In this document: positions 12,880-27,167 of the stretch, piece after piece | Position numbering within the stretch: position 1 is the first letter of the stretch | Layout of the letters: each line of letters opens with the position of its first letter | NCBI GenBank assembly: GCA_032718475.1 | Contig: JAUCBJ010001804.1 | Span: forward strand, 1 to 64,000 | Length of the DNA: 64,000 nucleotides | Direction: 5' to 3' | Source: Nemertoderma westbladi | Taxonomy: Eukaryota; Animalia; Xenacoelomorpha | Notes under the pieces: generated by a model | The model's input: the letters and a program-made list of their open reading frames with translations, nothing else | Told to the model about the DNA's origin: nothing | The model's database searches: none | Position numbers and translations under genes: made by a program

Positions 12880-13928
12880 AATTTTCGTACCCATCACTTT
12901 CGTACCCATCACTAAAAAGTACAAGTTTGCGATGTCTAGTGCTGTTTTTATTGATTCCATCGGATTCAGGACCATCATAAACCCGTATAACGCAATAATC
13001 AAGATGATACTATCTACTGATCAATTTGCATATTTTCAAAAATTTGGTGCTGGCACAACAATTTTCACCCAATCTGCAAAAAATACAAGTTTGAAAAGTC
13101 TTATAAAATTTTTACTTATTCCATTGAATTCAGAACCCTCACAAACCCGTATAACGCTAGAAATTAGGTGACACAATAATTTATATATTTGTTTGTTTTC
13201 ACAATTTGGGGCTAGCACCACATTTTGCACCCACTTCCGAAAAATACAAGTTTGAGATGTCTAGTTCGATAATTATATATTTCATTGAATTTAGAACTGC
13301 ATAAACCTCTAAAAAGTAAGAAATAAATTGTCACAAGCAATTTTATCTATTGAATGGATTTTCACAATTTCGTGCTAGCACCAAAATTTGCACACAGCAC
13401 CGAAAAATACAAGTTTGAAACGCTTGGTGTAACTCGTATATATTCCATAATGAATGAAACCAGAACCCCAAAAAAACCCAATTGCGTAAAAAACAAGTTA
13501 CAAACAATCAATTTACAAAATTGACATATTTCAAAATTTGGTGCTGGCACCAAAATTTGGCACCCGCCGAAAAAAACAAGTTTAAAAATTCTAAGTTAAT
13601 TTATATGAATTCCATCCAATTGCTATCACCAAAAAACCGGTGTAAATAAAAAATAGAGATGTTACATATCATATTTAATGAAATGTAATTTTCAAAAAAC
13701 GCCTCATAAAAAGTGCCAAAAGTTGGGTTAAAAAATGGTGCTATAACTCGAAAACTACCCAATATTTTTGAAAACGGTTTTCACTGTTAGGAAGACAATA
13801 GATTGTTAGGAAAAGTCATAAAATTTCAGATTTCCAACTGCGTTTGTTTCAGAATTATAACAAAAAAAACCACGGGGGGGTGGGGGTGGGGGTCATATTG
13901 ACCCCCCCCCCCCCCGGGTTTGATAGGG
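12880..13928 (-). mobile_element. Partial inverted copy of the piggyBac-like non-autonomous element at 17743
   Basis: Reverse complement of about 17743-18770, ends ...GATAGGG|TTAA, with internal ~140-bp subrepeats (aaatttggtgctggcacc...aaatacaagtttg). Confidence 0.8.
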
Positions 13929-15619
13929 TTAAAATTACACTAAATACTAAAATTACACTAACACTCGACGGGAACAATATAAAAAATGTTTGTTGTATTA
14001 TTGTTTTGTTATATTATGTCCCATTCTGTTCTATAACCTTAGACTCTTGTTAGTTTATTAATATACGATTAGAATTAAAGTGCTGGTATAACCTTGATGT
14101 AATGGGAGGCCATACAAAAATATATACAGTATGTTTTAATAGACATCCGCATCCGTGCGGATGTCACCTCAGACATCCGCATCTGAATCCGCGGATATTA
14201 AAAATATGACATTCGCAACATCCCTATTTATTATTTATAAATTAGTATAATTATAATTGATTATTAATATAATTATTAGGTATTATGATGAATTATCATT
14301 CTTTAGTTGGAAAATTATTTTTCATTTTTTCTAGAGTTGAAACCGAGACCTGTTTTTCTTAATCCCGGTAAACCAGAGCCCTACCCGGGGCAATATTTTG
14401 AAAAATACCGGAGACCAGAGCATGAGATCAGAGACTTTGCTTATTTTTTGTACATACAATTTGATTACTCCCCTATAGCACAAACAGGTACATACGGCCT
14501 TATAACTATTTTTCTATGGTTCAATTGCAGTAAAGTAAATCCAACCCATTTCTTACCCTGACCCATTGTAAGAAAATAAGCGCACGTACAGTTTGGGGGG
14601 CTTAATTAATATTAATTTGGTTATTTGTTTATTAATTCGTTTATTAATTCGTTATATTGTTTTTGTTAATAATATGTTACATTAATTTGTTTTACCCCAT
14701 AGTTACCGGTACTTTGTTAATTAAAGGCACTTATTTTACAATTGTTCAAATCATAAACATTTCAATATACTATAAACTTGGTCATTTACTAATAGTTAGT
14801 GCACAGGTATAGTGCTCTACTCGCCCCATTTACAAGCCTCGTTACGCTCGTTCTTTCCATTTGGTCGTCATATTATCTATCATATAACAAATTGAATATA
14901 GAACAGCCCTTTCTTTCACTTTTAAACATTATGAGTGCTCAAATTAAGCACCCTTATCCTTAAATAAGAACTACCTTAGGTGCTAGTTTAACTTAAAATT
15001 AACTATTTTTAAATATCTATTTATAATTTGTCAAATCACTGATCTCTGGGTAAAATGTCTGTTTTCAATACCCGGGAACCAGAGACCTATCCAGAGACAA
15101 AAAAACCGTCCGGAAAATCCAGAGATCAGTGACAAGTCTCTGTTTCAACTCTAATTTTTTCCAATGTTTTTCATGCTCAAAATGGTTCAAAATATACAAA
15201 AAGTGAAAAAAATATTTAAAAAATTTTTTTTTCTGGATTTTCGTTATTGTATCAAATATGCTACAGTATGGGAATAGTCTTTCCTAAATTTGTAGCAAAT
15301 ATGCTACAGTTTATTATTTACTCGAAAAATTATATTATATCTCATAGTTTTTCCAAAGTTACAACTCCAAGAAGTATTATTTCAATACATAATACATTTT
15401 GGTGTGCTTCGCAGCATAGATCACTGGCATTATCATCAACAATACTGCGGTTTTTGGAGTTCAGAAATCCACAGATTGACACCCTGAGTATGATATTTAC
15501 CCCCTTTTGAATATTTCCGGGGTTAATGTTGTTAATGTCCATTCGAGGTCCATTTCTAGTTTGAACTGTCCCTCTCTTTGAGCCACTCTCCTTGCATCAG
15601 ATACAAAGCCAAGCCTGTT

Positions 15620-16100
15620 TCCGGAGTAAGGCTGCCAAAGCACTAGATTATGCACATGATGGTACTCACGACAAAAGCAGTGTCCTGTGAAGCGAAGCGG
15701 CTTCATTCAAGTGTCAAGCCCAACATGGACTCCCATAGAGTACTGGAACTACAAACAAAATTGCGCAGCCACAACTTCCCATCCACCATGGCTAGGGTAT
15801 CCGCGCAACTAAGTCCAGCGTCCTTTAAGAGGCGTCTCAAGTAAGCCGTAGACTGTCAAACATGCTTATATTCTCTCCATGAGCCAGTCAATCAATCACA
15901 AGACGTGCACTTAAAATCGTCGTCCTCACGGGAAGCAAAAAAAAGCAATGTCCTACAAATATGAGGTGGCTATGTTCAAGTGCCAAGCTTTGGTAGATCA
16001 ATCCAATAGATACAGTAGCTCCAATGTTATATACTGTGGTGTCAGCCTGGAGATGTGTCCATTGTACATATTGAACCAGGTGAATTGTTCTTGTTGAGCA
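15620..16100 (-). mobile_element. Degraded RTE-like LINE fragments
   Basis: LRFTGHCFCRE..VHNLVLWQP similarity to the LINE at 56.3 kb, rearranged. Confidence 0.55.
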
Positions 16101-16581
16101 GTTAGAGCTCGGCGTGGAGTACACTTAAGTGGAAAATATTGTGGATGGAGTTCCACCATTTTACCTGATTCTGATAATCGAATTCACATACAGAAGCACA
16201 TGTGCTACAGTACAATTATATTTGGTAAGTTTTTTAGAATCAGTTTGAATAATCCCTCGTTTTATAAAAAATGGCGGGAAGCTTTGAAAACTTTGAATGT
16301 CTTTTTCTTGAAAAGCTTTTTTTGTTTTTTAGACACAAAGGACACCTTTCTGAGGAACTACTGGTTGAAATCTCATGAAATTTTCAGGAAATGATCACAA
16401 CAACGATTGGCCTATGCATGACTAGTATTGGTTGGGTGCTTTCTTAAGAAGTTATTAAGAAAACAATTGTTGAAATGCCGTAAACAAAAAAAAAAAATTA
16501 TTTTTAGTTTTTTTTAGTCTTGCTCTTGTCCGAATGGTTGTTACAGCCACCTGCAAAATTTCAGGTTTTGATTTTGTTTAA

Positions 16582-17329
16582 GGGGGGGGGGGGGGGGGGG
16601 GGGGGGGGTACACCATTTTCGGACAACTCCTCGATTTATCACTCTCAGCGTTTCAAAATTGTTTGGTTTTGGCTTAAATTTGGAATATAGGTACCTAAGA
16701 TGCTATTCTACATGACAGGTCAGAAATTATTTTTTTCGCTATTTAATATTAGTTAATACTAGTTAACAATAAAAAAAACTTGGTTGCGCTTAAAACCCTA
16801 AGGCTTTTACAGTTTTGAATCGAATCACATGAAAGTTTTTTATATGATAGATCAAAGATGGGGCAACATAACTATCAGGCGAAATTTTGTGAAAATAATT
16901 CTCCACCGCTAGGTGGCGCTGCAAATTTATGCTAATTTTTTAGGTTTGTTATAAATAGTATTACATTTTATTAACGAAACAATTTCGAAAAGTTGCCTGA
17001 TACTTTTATGCAGGGTGGCATTGGCTATCCAGACACCCACAGGAAGTTTCAGACTAATTGCTCAAACATTGTAGAAGTGGTAGGGTTTTGAAGTTTACAA
17101 TTTCATAAAAAAAATATTTGGAGATAATCGACCTTTCATTATACATAGTAATAGTAATTTCAATAGGATTCCCTAAATGGAAATTGTTATAACTTGAAAA
17201 CTAAAAGAGCTATTAAATAGCGGTTTTCAGATTTGGAAACACCATTCAATGGTGCATTATAATAGACCATAAAAAAATTCGACATATTTTGGACCAAAAT
17301 GGTGTACACCCCCCCCCCCCCCCCCCCCC
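16582..17329. mobile_element. MITE with TTAA TSD (Kolobok-like)
   Basis: TTAA|G(n)TACACCATTTT ... AAAATGGTGTACAC(n)|TTAA. Confidence 0.7.
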
Positions 17330-17742
17330 TTAACAGTAAAACATTAAAGAAAACCTTGGGGTACCCTACAACCAAAAAGCTACAATATGACAACCCCCCT
17401 CCTGGATCCTGTAAAACATTATATTACTGTACATTACATTTTTCGGACCTCATCTGTAAGTAAAAACGCCATAGAATATTATCGATAATGATTCCCTATG
17501 TAAAACCAAGAGAATAGATTAGCGACTTTCTGTAACGCGACAGTAGCCGTACTGCCACTGCGCCCGCCATGGGGAATGAGGCCGAGTTGGAAGTATAGAG
17601 TGAGCGGGGTTTTTTAATAACTTACAGTAATTAGTAATTACTGTAAGTTATTAAAATACCCCATTCACTCTATACTTCCAGCTAAACTTAACTAAACGTA
17701 ATTACTAATTATGTTTAGATCACTTTAAAAAACATTTCTTAA

Positions 17743-19282
17743 CCCTATTAAACCCGGGGGTGGGTCAATATGACCCCCCCCCCCCCCCCCGTGGTTTTTT
17801 TATTATAATTCTGAAACAAACGCAGTTGGGAATCTGACATTTTAAGACTTTTCCTAAAAATATATTGTATTCCTAGTAGTGAAAACCGTTTTCAAAAATA
17901 TTGAGTAGTTTTCGAGTTATAGCACCATTTTTTAACCCTACTTTTGGCACTTTTTTTTGAGACGTTTTTTGAAAATTACATTTCATTAAATATGATATGT
18001 AACATCTCTATTTTTGATTTACACCGGTTTTTTGGTGTTAGCAATTGGATGGAATTAATGTAAATTGATTTAGAAATTTCAAACTTGTATTTTTCGGCGG
18101 GTGCCAAATTTTGGTGCCAGCACCAAATTTTGAAATATGTCAATTTTGTAAATTGATTGTTTGAAACTTGGCTTATACGCAATTGGAGTTTTTTGGGGTT
18201 CTGGTTTCGATGAAATATATACGAGTTGCACCAAGCGTATCAAACTTGTTTTTTTCGGTGCTGTGTGCAAATTTTGGTGCTAGCACGAAATTTTGGAAAT
18301 CCATTCAATAGATAAAATTGCTTGTGACAATTTATTTGTTGCATTTTAGAGGTTTATGGCTGTTCTGAATTCAATGGAATATATAATTATCGAACTAGAC
18401 ATCTCAAACTTGTATTTTTCGGAAGTGGGTGCAAAATGTGGTGCTAGCACCAAATTTTGAAAACCATCAAATATATCAATTGATTGTGTCATCTTGTTTC
18501 TTGCGTTATGCGGGTTTGTTAGGGTTCTGAATTTAATGGAAGCAGTAAAAATTTCATAAGAGTTTTCAAACTTGTATTTTTCGCCGGTGGGTGAAAATTG
18601 TTGTGCCAGCACCAAATTTTGGAAAATGAGCAAGTTGATCAATAGATAGTATCATCTTGTTTCTTGCGTTATACTGGTTTATGAGGGTCCTGAATTCGAT
18701 GGAATCAATAAAAACAGCACTGGACATCGCAAACTTGTACTTTTTGGTGATGGGTACGAAATTTGGTGCTAGCACCAAAATTTGCCATATTAAGCCGAAA
18801 AATACAAGTAGCAATGATCTGGCATATTTGAAATGTATTCCATTAGAATCAGCGCCCTAGAAAACCTGAAAATGTAAATTTATAGCATCGTATAAGTGAA
18901 TTAAAAATGTTGTGTTCTAACTGAAAAGTGCTGGTTACTTGTTTTTTTCATTTTTTTCCTACGCATAGAGGACTAAACAGCCATTTATGGTAATCATATC
19001 ATTTTTAAATATTTTCCAATGTATGTTGCGCCCAAGAAAACCTGTATTGAAAAACAATTAGCCGAAAAATGTAAATATTACTGCTGCAATATTACCACCA
19101 CAGTACAGTTTTTCGAAAAATTTTTTTTCGGTCGGATCCAGACTAGTGATACCTACGTACAAACAAAAAATCAGACATTTTCGTTAATATTTGTAGATTT
19201 TAGAGGGAGGGGTCAATATGACACCCCCCCCCCCCCCCCCCCCGATATTTGTACAGCATTTTATAGCCCGGTACTAATAGGT
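17743..19282 (+). mobile_element. piggyBac-like non-autonomous element
   Basis: TTAA|CCCTATTA...TAATAGGT|TTAA. The empty site (catttcTTAAagcaaatcac) is visible in another copy of the host repeat at about 50540-50560. Confidence 0.8.
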
Positions 19283-19315
19283 TTAAAGCAAATCACTTCA
19301 ACTAATTAAAAACTA

Positions 19316-21749
19316 CAGTCCAGCTCACCAACAGAGTGCCATCGGATCCGATCTGAACCGATCGGATCCAACAGCTTCAAACACTTTCAGACAAACTCCA
19401 ACAGTCCAACAACTTCAAACAGATTCAGACAGTTTCAAACAGATTCAGACAGTTTCAAACAGAATCAGACAACTTCCAACAACCTGTCAATCACTCCACC
19501 CACACTCAACCGCAACCCCAACTCAACTCCCATCTTCTTGCGCGCAGATAGAATGAAAGCGTTTGAAACTACTAAAGGAACTCCATTCATAAAGCCACAA
19601 TAACGACAGAGTGGACTGGCCACTGGCGGCGCCCTTGAACATTCACACTGTAACTTAAGCTGACCTGAAGGAACAGCCCATTAGTGAGGTCGGTATTTCT
19701 CTTTATTCCTGCCGCTATCTTTGAATAACACAATAGCAGAAAGCTAACCAGTGGTCTACCCCCAATACAAGAAAGACAAGTTGGCTACCATTGAAATGAA
19801 TGGGGAATGGAATTCTGTGTTCACATACTAATGTTGCTTTGGGTTGGTCTAGAGCCATACAATAGAGCTTTACGGAAATACACTTCCAAAGAGCCAAGCA
19901 GTGGCGGTATAGGTCCAAAATGCCCATGTAGAATTTCTTCGAATAAGGCTCAATTTCTTTAAGTTACATTAATTAAAATACTGATAAATATATTTTGCTT
20001 TTCGCAGGAGGGACAGTATCCCCCTCTACAGTTAATATAGTGTACGTACATGTGTTAGTTATATCGTTGCGTTTATTTATATTTATACAGGTTTGGATAT
20101 GATCTCTACTAGTTTGATTTTTGTTTTGTCAATTAATTAATTGTGCGGTTAATTTGTCAATCACAGCCTTAATTGGCTACATTGCTTATTGTATGAATGA
20201 ATATAATTAGTTATTAAGACATTATTTTAATTAGTATCTGGTGTGATTAGGTCTACCTTTTACATAACAACAGTACGTCAATGGCGGATATACTACTACT
20301 ACTAAGTCGAGCGAACTCGGACAGTGGAAATGAGATCCTTCCAGGCTTCCCGATTCTCCATAGTTGTCGCAATTTCGTTTCTCCCAAGTTCAGAGATGGC
20401 GGATATACATTACATCATAATATGGCATGGCAGTCACGTGAAAACAAGGGCCTTCACATTCCCAATTCTCTATCTAATCTATTATGGTTGTGCGTAATGC
20501 TCAATACTACTTTATGATATTAATTCATTCACGTTTAACATTAACAGCCACGTTTCATCAACCCCCCCCCCCCCCCCCCCCTCCCCTTCCAATGTGACAA
20601 ACTATCACGATATGTTGGCGTTGGGCCCCGTCCCTACGTCCACCCTCCCTTGTGAAGGGCTAGGGGGGACTTTCGACCCATCATTACTAAAGGGTAGTGA
20701 TAATATTCAAAATAAGTTTTCCCATGTATACGTAATTTTATTCTTAAATAGGTACTTGTTTGTTCCTAAATTCTGCCTAAATGCTGCCTTACTCAATGTT
20801 AAATAATTTATTGTTCTCGAATATTTATTTCGTAACTAGGGAACCGCTTAACTACAAACCAATATTGGATATGGAGTTCCGTTTCGAAGTTCGCCTTGCA
20901 GAGACTAAAGTTGCAATAACTTTTGAGGGTGTGAATGTAATTTACTCAAATAGGGTAGGTGCGCGAAAAAATAGTTGGGCTAGAAGTATTACGTGCAAAC
21001 CTTTTCATTTCGATGCTCTTTCAACACAACTAATAAAATTAACCAAAAATATTTTTTTCACTCATTGTAATTATATTTACTGTTTGCTTAATCTGTTTGT
21101 GTTTATATCTGTTTATGTGCAGTATTTAGTGCCCTACGTCAAAGAAACTAATATATTTATAGCATTATTTACATTTCTAATTAAATTAAGGAATTAAAAA
21201 CGTGTTGGTGTTATTATATTCATTTATCGGAATTTATATTATAGGAATTTATTATTCGTTTATGCATTCTAGTTAATTAATTGATATAATTAACGACATA
21301 ATTATGTAAATAAAAATTGTTAAATGAAACAAATCTTTGTTTCGGTTTATAATTGACAATAGCACACCCTCACAATCACTTCAAATTGAGAGTTAAAGTG
21401 ATTGACATTTTGTTAATGAACTACGCTTTTGTAAGGCATTGGCAAATTCCAACAAATTCCGATGGCGTCAAACATCTTCAGACAACTTCAAACAGTTTCA
21501 GACAATTTCAGACAACTTCAAACAACTTCAGATAGCTTCCAACAACATCCAACAGAAATTTCAAACACTTTCAGACGGATTTCAGACAGATTCAGATGGG
21601 CTCCAACAGACTAAACTTGTTGGAAATATTTTCTCCAACAGAATCAAACAGTACTAAATCTCCGTAGGTTAGCATTGTGCTTGTTTGAAGCTGTCGGAGT
21701 GTGTTGGATCCGATCGGATCCGATGGCACTCTGTTGGTGAGCGGGACTG
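19316..21749. mobile_element. Tc1/mariner-type non-autonomous element
   Basis: TA|CAGTCCAGCTCACCAACAGAGTGCCATCGGATCCGATC ... GATCGGATCCGATGGCACTCTGTTGGTGAGCGGGACTG|TA. Empty site aaaacTAtaatggaatggg at about 50572-50590. Internal 10-bp ttcagacaac-type repeats. Confidence 0.85.
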
Positions 21750-23489
21750 TATAATGGAATGGGGTATGGGGATTACAGCTGTATAATTTTTAAGTATAAT
21801 TATTTAAATCTTATACAATAAATAATTAATTTCCATTAAATTAGCAGGTTAAAAAATATGCTGTTTTTACCCTAAACAACTAATAACTAAGTAACTGCTA
21901 TTACAGTATCTTAGCTTCTCGAAGGCCACACGCAAATTCAATTTGGAAAATTTCTAAATTTTTTCCAAACAACATGTTTACCAAGTTTGGTAGATTCCAT
22001 CGATGATTGGCCGAGTTATTAACGTTTAAAATTGAACACAACAGAACGACAGAGCAACAGATCGACAGATCAACAGAACACGTTCGTGGGGCCATCGCGC
22101 AGGACGAGGCTCAGTTATCAGATACAGATTAAAATTGTGCAATTCTATGACAAAATCAGTATTTAAGAAGTTTAACTAAACCGCCGATAAGAATAAATCA
22201 AAGAAGAAATGAAAGTTCCTCCCCTCCAACCCCCCCCCCCCCCCCCCCCCCCCTTTTTTTAATCTGTACCACCCCCCACCCCAACCCAAGCGCGCCAATA
22301 TACTGTCGAAAATTGGGGTTTTTTGTTCAAATTTGAGGTATTTTTAGGCTCATAATATCGAGTGTTGCTGCGACTTAGGGAAACTGTTGGAGCAACTTCT
22401 ACTTTTAATATGTTAAAATATAATGTAAAATAAGAACTTTTATCGATGCAATAAAATATTTCACCGATGCAAACATGCTTTTATTGGGGGCGAAAATTGA
22501 AATTTGAGGTTAAACCTCAAATTTGAGACAAAACCTCAAATTTCGCCAGTCTTTACAACATCACCAGCCTGCCAGCAGTAGGTTGTAGCAGTAGGCTTTG
22601 CTGCTTAGTGCTTATAGAGCTTGGTGAGAATGAGTGACCAGTGTAACCTGTGACATGACATGTATGCAGGGTAGGCTTAACCTTACAGCACAGCAACTTA
22701 CAGTAAATAACTTTAGTCCGTTAGTGATTGGTGAGAAAAATGCAGAAGACTAGAGAAATTCGCTATCCTTACCGCCTTACTGTTGGTAAGAAGAACAGTA
22801 GACCAGATCCTCACTGTTGCAAGATTCAAGCTCACACAGCTGCAAAGTCACAGACTCAGGAAGGCCTACCAAATCTTGTAGATATTGAATCAATTCCAGA
22901 ATTTGGAAGTTTACATATTCTGGCATTCATCTGTTCTGTTCATCATTCATATCACACACCTTCTGAAAAAAATATGTTTTCTGGTTGTTGATGTCCTCTT
23001 TAAAACTTTGTACAGTATATCAAATGAAGCCATTCCTCTCCTGACAGCCTGAAGACTTATGTAATATTCGCCTGCCCTAGCTATATCTGTCAATTTGAAT
23101 ACTGTACCACTCTACCATCATTCTTCCACAGTTTGGAGCCCCTTTCTAGACAAATGTTGCCGCAAAGGTTGACGTGGTTTATATAATATATGTGGACTTG
23201 ATTCTTTTGTTAGTTATTCTATACGACTGGAGACTCTAAAGTTGGAACCACTACCTACTGCAGTATACATCAATTAAAGTTCAATTTGATAATGTGCATT
23301 AAACTTATATGTAAAGATCTAAACCTGATCCTCCAGCTCCATTACAACAATGTGCAACATCCTCGCAGACTATTTTAATATCCCAGCCAGACATCCAATG
23401 CAATCATGACCTGGCCATATATATAAAATTATGAAGCAAAGGCCATGCCCCGCCCATCTGCCCATGCTGCCATGTCTGCATGACTGCAT

Positions 23490-23645
23490 GTTCCATACAA
23501 CACCTCTTCTCTATCAGGGTCATTAACATATGGAACATGCTGGACCTGGAACACAGTAGAAACATCATCATCACTAATCGCTATTCCTTTAAACACTCTT
23601 TAGACTCTGCTTTCTTATCAAGACATCTGAAATGTTATAGAAATC
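23490..23645 (+). mobile_element. 3' remnant of a CR1/L2-like LINE
   Basis: FSIRVINIWNML...SFKHSLD resembles the CR1/L2 ORF2 C-terminal motif. Confidence 0.45.
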
Positions 23646-26272
23646 TAAGTGACTGTTTGTTTATACTATACATACATACATCCTTTTAAATTGACCTTAT
23701 GAGGAACAAGAATCATTTATAACTTGGGCAAAATGTATAACCTTTTTCACTAACCTATTCTCGAGGCTTTTATCTCATCTCTGGAGTACACCTTGCAGGC
23801 ACTAAAGTTGCATTGCAGTAGTGTGTAGTGATGGATTTTGCTCAAATTTCGATCAAAAATTTTGATCAACACATTCAATGAAATTTTAGAAATTCCACCA
23901 AAAATATTTTGGCACTTGTATCAAATCAAATTGACCCTCCCAATCTGCTAATCCTGAAATCACCATTTAATCCTGAAATTTAGTGCAGGTGATATCAATA
24001 TTCCTAACTCTTGTTTATTGTTTTTTGGTTACTTTCAACTCACATCTGTAACCTGCTCCTTTGCTAACCCTGCACCCTGTAACCGGGCACTAATGAAAGT
24101 GACTTTAGTTTAGGTGATTTCAGGATTAGCAGATTATGAGCTAGGAGGGTCCCCTATTTGACACAAGTGCCAATGTTTTATTTTACTTTTTTACCGGGAT
24201 AAAAAGTAAAATCAATACAAAATTATGGCTCTATGGTACATTATTACAGGGGTATTATGTGGCAATATTATTCAATATTATTGCAGGTTGCTGTGTTGCC
24301 GACTTTGCAAAAGCTGTGCCCAACAAAAAGTTACAATATTCAGATACTATGGGGACAACTTTTTCCCTACCAGTAGGGAAAAAAAGTAAGCCTACTACTT
24401 TTTCTCCCGATTTTAGGGCATACTCATGCAAAAAAGTAACAATATAAAAATATAAGTTCTTTAAGCTCTGTACTGTACTTCGTTTTATATGTCTACCATC
24501 TGATCATACCACATACCACCCCACTGCACCCCTACCAGTAGCGTTTTTAAGTATAAGCCTTTTTAAACTAATACTGAATATGTTTTAAATATTATATTTC
24601 ACAACACTCAGACACTAGGCCTACATCAGTTTATTTAATACAGTAACTTTACAATACAGTAACAAGCTAACAACTGCTGAACTAGGCCAACTATGACTTC
24701 TGTCTGTATCTGACTATGCTGCTATGAAATTCAAATTTAGGGTAAAACTCAAATTTAGAGAATTAACCTAACCTTGTATTAAATTTGAGGTAATTCCAAA
24801 ATTGGGTCTATAATTTGAAATTTGAGGTATTCTCAAATTTGATGATCTCCCTGACTGGTATATGTCCAACTACAGAACTACAAACTGACAAACATCAGAA
24901 CATAAACCTGTCCGCTGTCCTACTGTCTGATTGTCCTACAGTCCTAAGCTACTTTTTTTTGACAGACATTTGTAAATATTTTTTATTTTGTATATACTCT
25001 CATGTGCATTTTTTTAAATTCTCATATATTTGTGCCCATTTTTTAAAATCTGCTTCATCACATACTGTTGTTCATGGTTACATATTTGTTATTTTATGCT
25101 ACTACGTACGCTTATTTGTTGTAATTACATAACGTTTTTATCAGTTTATTGCATCATAAATTACAATAATTTTAAATTACTTACTGTTATACTGTATATT
25201 TAGTAAAGGTTTCGAAATGAGTATTCCGATCCGATGCTAGGTTACCTATTAGTGCTCCCGGAAGGGAACCTTGGTGATTTTCTCCCTTTAATTTTAATAT
25301 TTTAATCTGTGTGTTTCCGATTTAAATTTTAATATTAATTGTGAAATAAATAAAAAAAAAATAAATACTACAGTCAGACAATACTACTGTACTACACTGT
25401 ACTAGACTGCTAGACTGTACTGTCAGTGTCAGACTGTAGGTACAGACAGGCCACAGGCAGAGGTAAGACTGTACGGCAGTACGGTACGGTACTCTACTCA
25501 GGTACACGTACAAGACGTACATACAAGACGTAGATCATGCAGTCCACAGTCTGGCAGTAGGCAGGATGGTAGTCCCTTCCTGGTCCTGCATTCTCCATTT
25601 CTACCTACAGTAGAAAGCTACGGGACATCCAGCACCAGTAAGTTCAAGCTGCGCTGAGGTAAAGGATATGACAGTCATTAGGTCGAGGCGTACAACTGTA
25701 CATGTATTACAGTTTATATTATTACTAGCCAGTAAGCCATCGCACAGATCGCAGATGGATGAATAATGCAATAACTAAATAGTTTATTAAAAATAAATTT
25801 GACAAATGAATTATTATTAATGACCCAGACTATGCCCAATCATGAATCACTGCTTGCAATACATTATGGGTAATCTTTTTATAAAAATCACATAATCGTA
25901 ATTTTAAGCTAGCATAATGTCTGCAATAAGTTAGCAGAAAATTAAACAATTTTAAGCTCGCATAAAGCTTACATATTACAAGCACTAAATATCTCCCCCC
26001 AGCATGGCGGATATAGCAAATGATTAATTAATAGCTTGCATTACATTAACAATTTGACATTTATAACAATGTTTTACTCTATTTATTAAAAACACAATAA
26101 AATAGCATTAACTGTGATGTTAACCAAAATGCTTGCAATTTGTTAGCACAAGTATGTAAAGTGCAGCGGTTGTGTCACATGCCAGCATTATGCAAGCTTT
26201 TTGCTAGGGTGGATTTTGACTGGGAAGAGGATTGAAATTAACAGGCAAATGAAATTAACAGGAAATTTGTGT

Positions 26273-26640
26273 TGTAAATTTTAGGCATAGAGGCGACCCC
26301 ATTTATAAGAAATATTAAAACATACCTTCTGCCGATAGTCATGTATTGATACTGAAATATTAATTTATAATGTCAACACCTCAACGAAATTATTTAGCTA
26401 ATTATTCTAAACAATCACGATTGAATACTCAGCCAATCATTTTGCGAGTCAAATAATGTAAATTTTAGGCATAGAGGCGACCCCATTTATAAGAAATATT
26501 AAAACATACCTTCTGCCGATAGTCATGTATTGATACTGAAATATTAATTTATAATGTCAACACCTCAACGAAATTATTTAGCTAATTATTCTAAACAATC
26601 ACGATTGAATACTCAGCCAATCATTTTGCGAGTCAAATAA
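26273..26640. repeat. Apparently perfect 184-bp tandem duplication
   Basis: tgtaaattttaggcatagaggcgacccc...gcgagtcaaataa starts at 26273 and again at 26457. Confidence 0.9.
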
Positions 26641-27167
26641 TAAGCAAGCTGACTTAGTCTGGCTCCTTACACTACTACTGTTACGATATATGGCGCTGTG
26701 TACTAGAACAGCCCAATATACAGTATAGAGCGATTAGATAAGTTATATCGATGTACAGCATTCATTTGGTAAGGAAAATGAAATACACGAGTTTATATTA
26801 TTCATCCGATTTTGTACAGTATGTACCCTTACGTATGTAATTTTATAATAAAACCTTAGCATATTAAATTATGGTGGCAAACTTTTGTATAACATTAACA
26901 CGAATTTGCCGTTTATTGACATTGACTGAACCTAATGTGTATTTGTATTAATTTCCTTTATATTTCCCTACAAACTGATGTTGTACTAAATTAATGCTGA
27001 ATGTGCTTTAATAATCGCGAAATTAATGCTACGGCCATAAACCTATAAGCCCACCAAGACAGATTTATTACCATATATGGTAATGATTTGAGAAATGGGG
27101 AAGCATAGGGCTATAATCCGGCTCTCTCATTGGTTTAGTTATTTTAGGTTGGTCTAATGGTAGTAGG

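Noticed and set aside
25560-25645. Possible first exon ending at a GTAAGT donor (about 25638)
   Set aside because: No linked downstream exons or recognisable protein, so evidence is insufficient.
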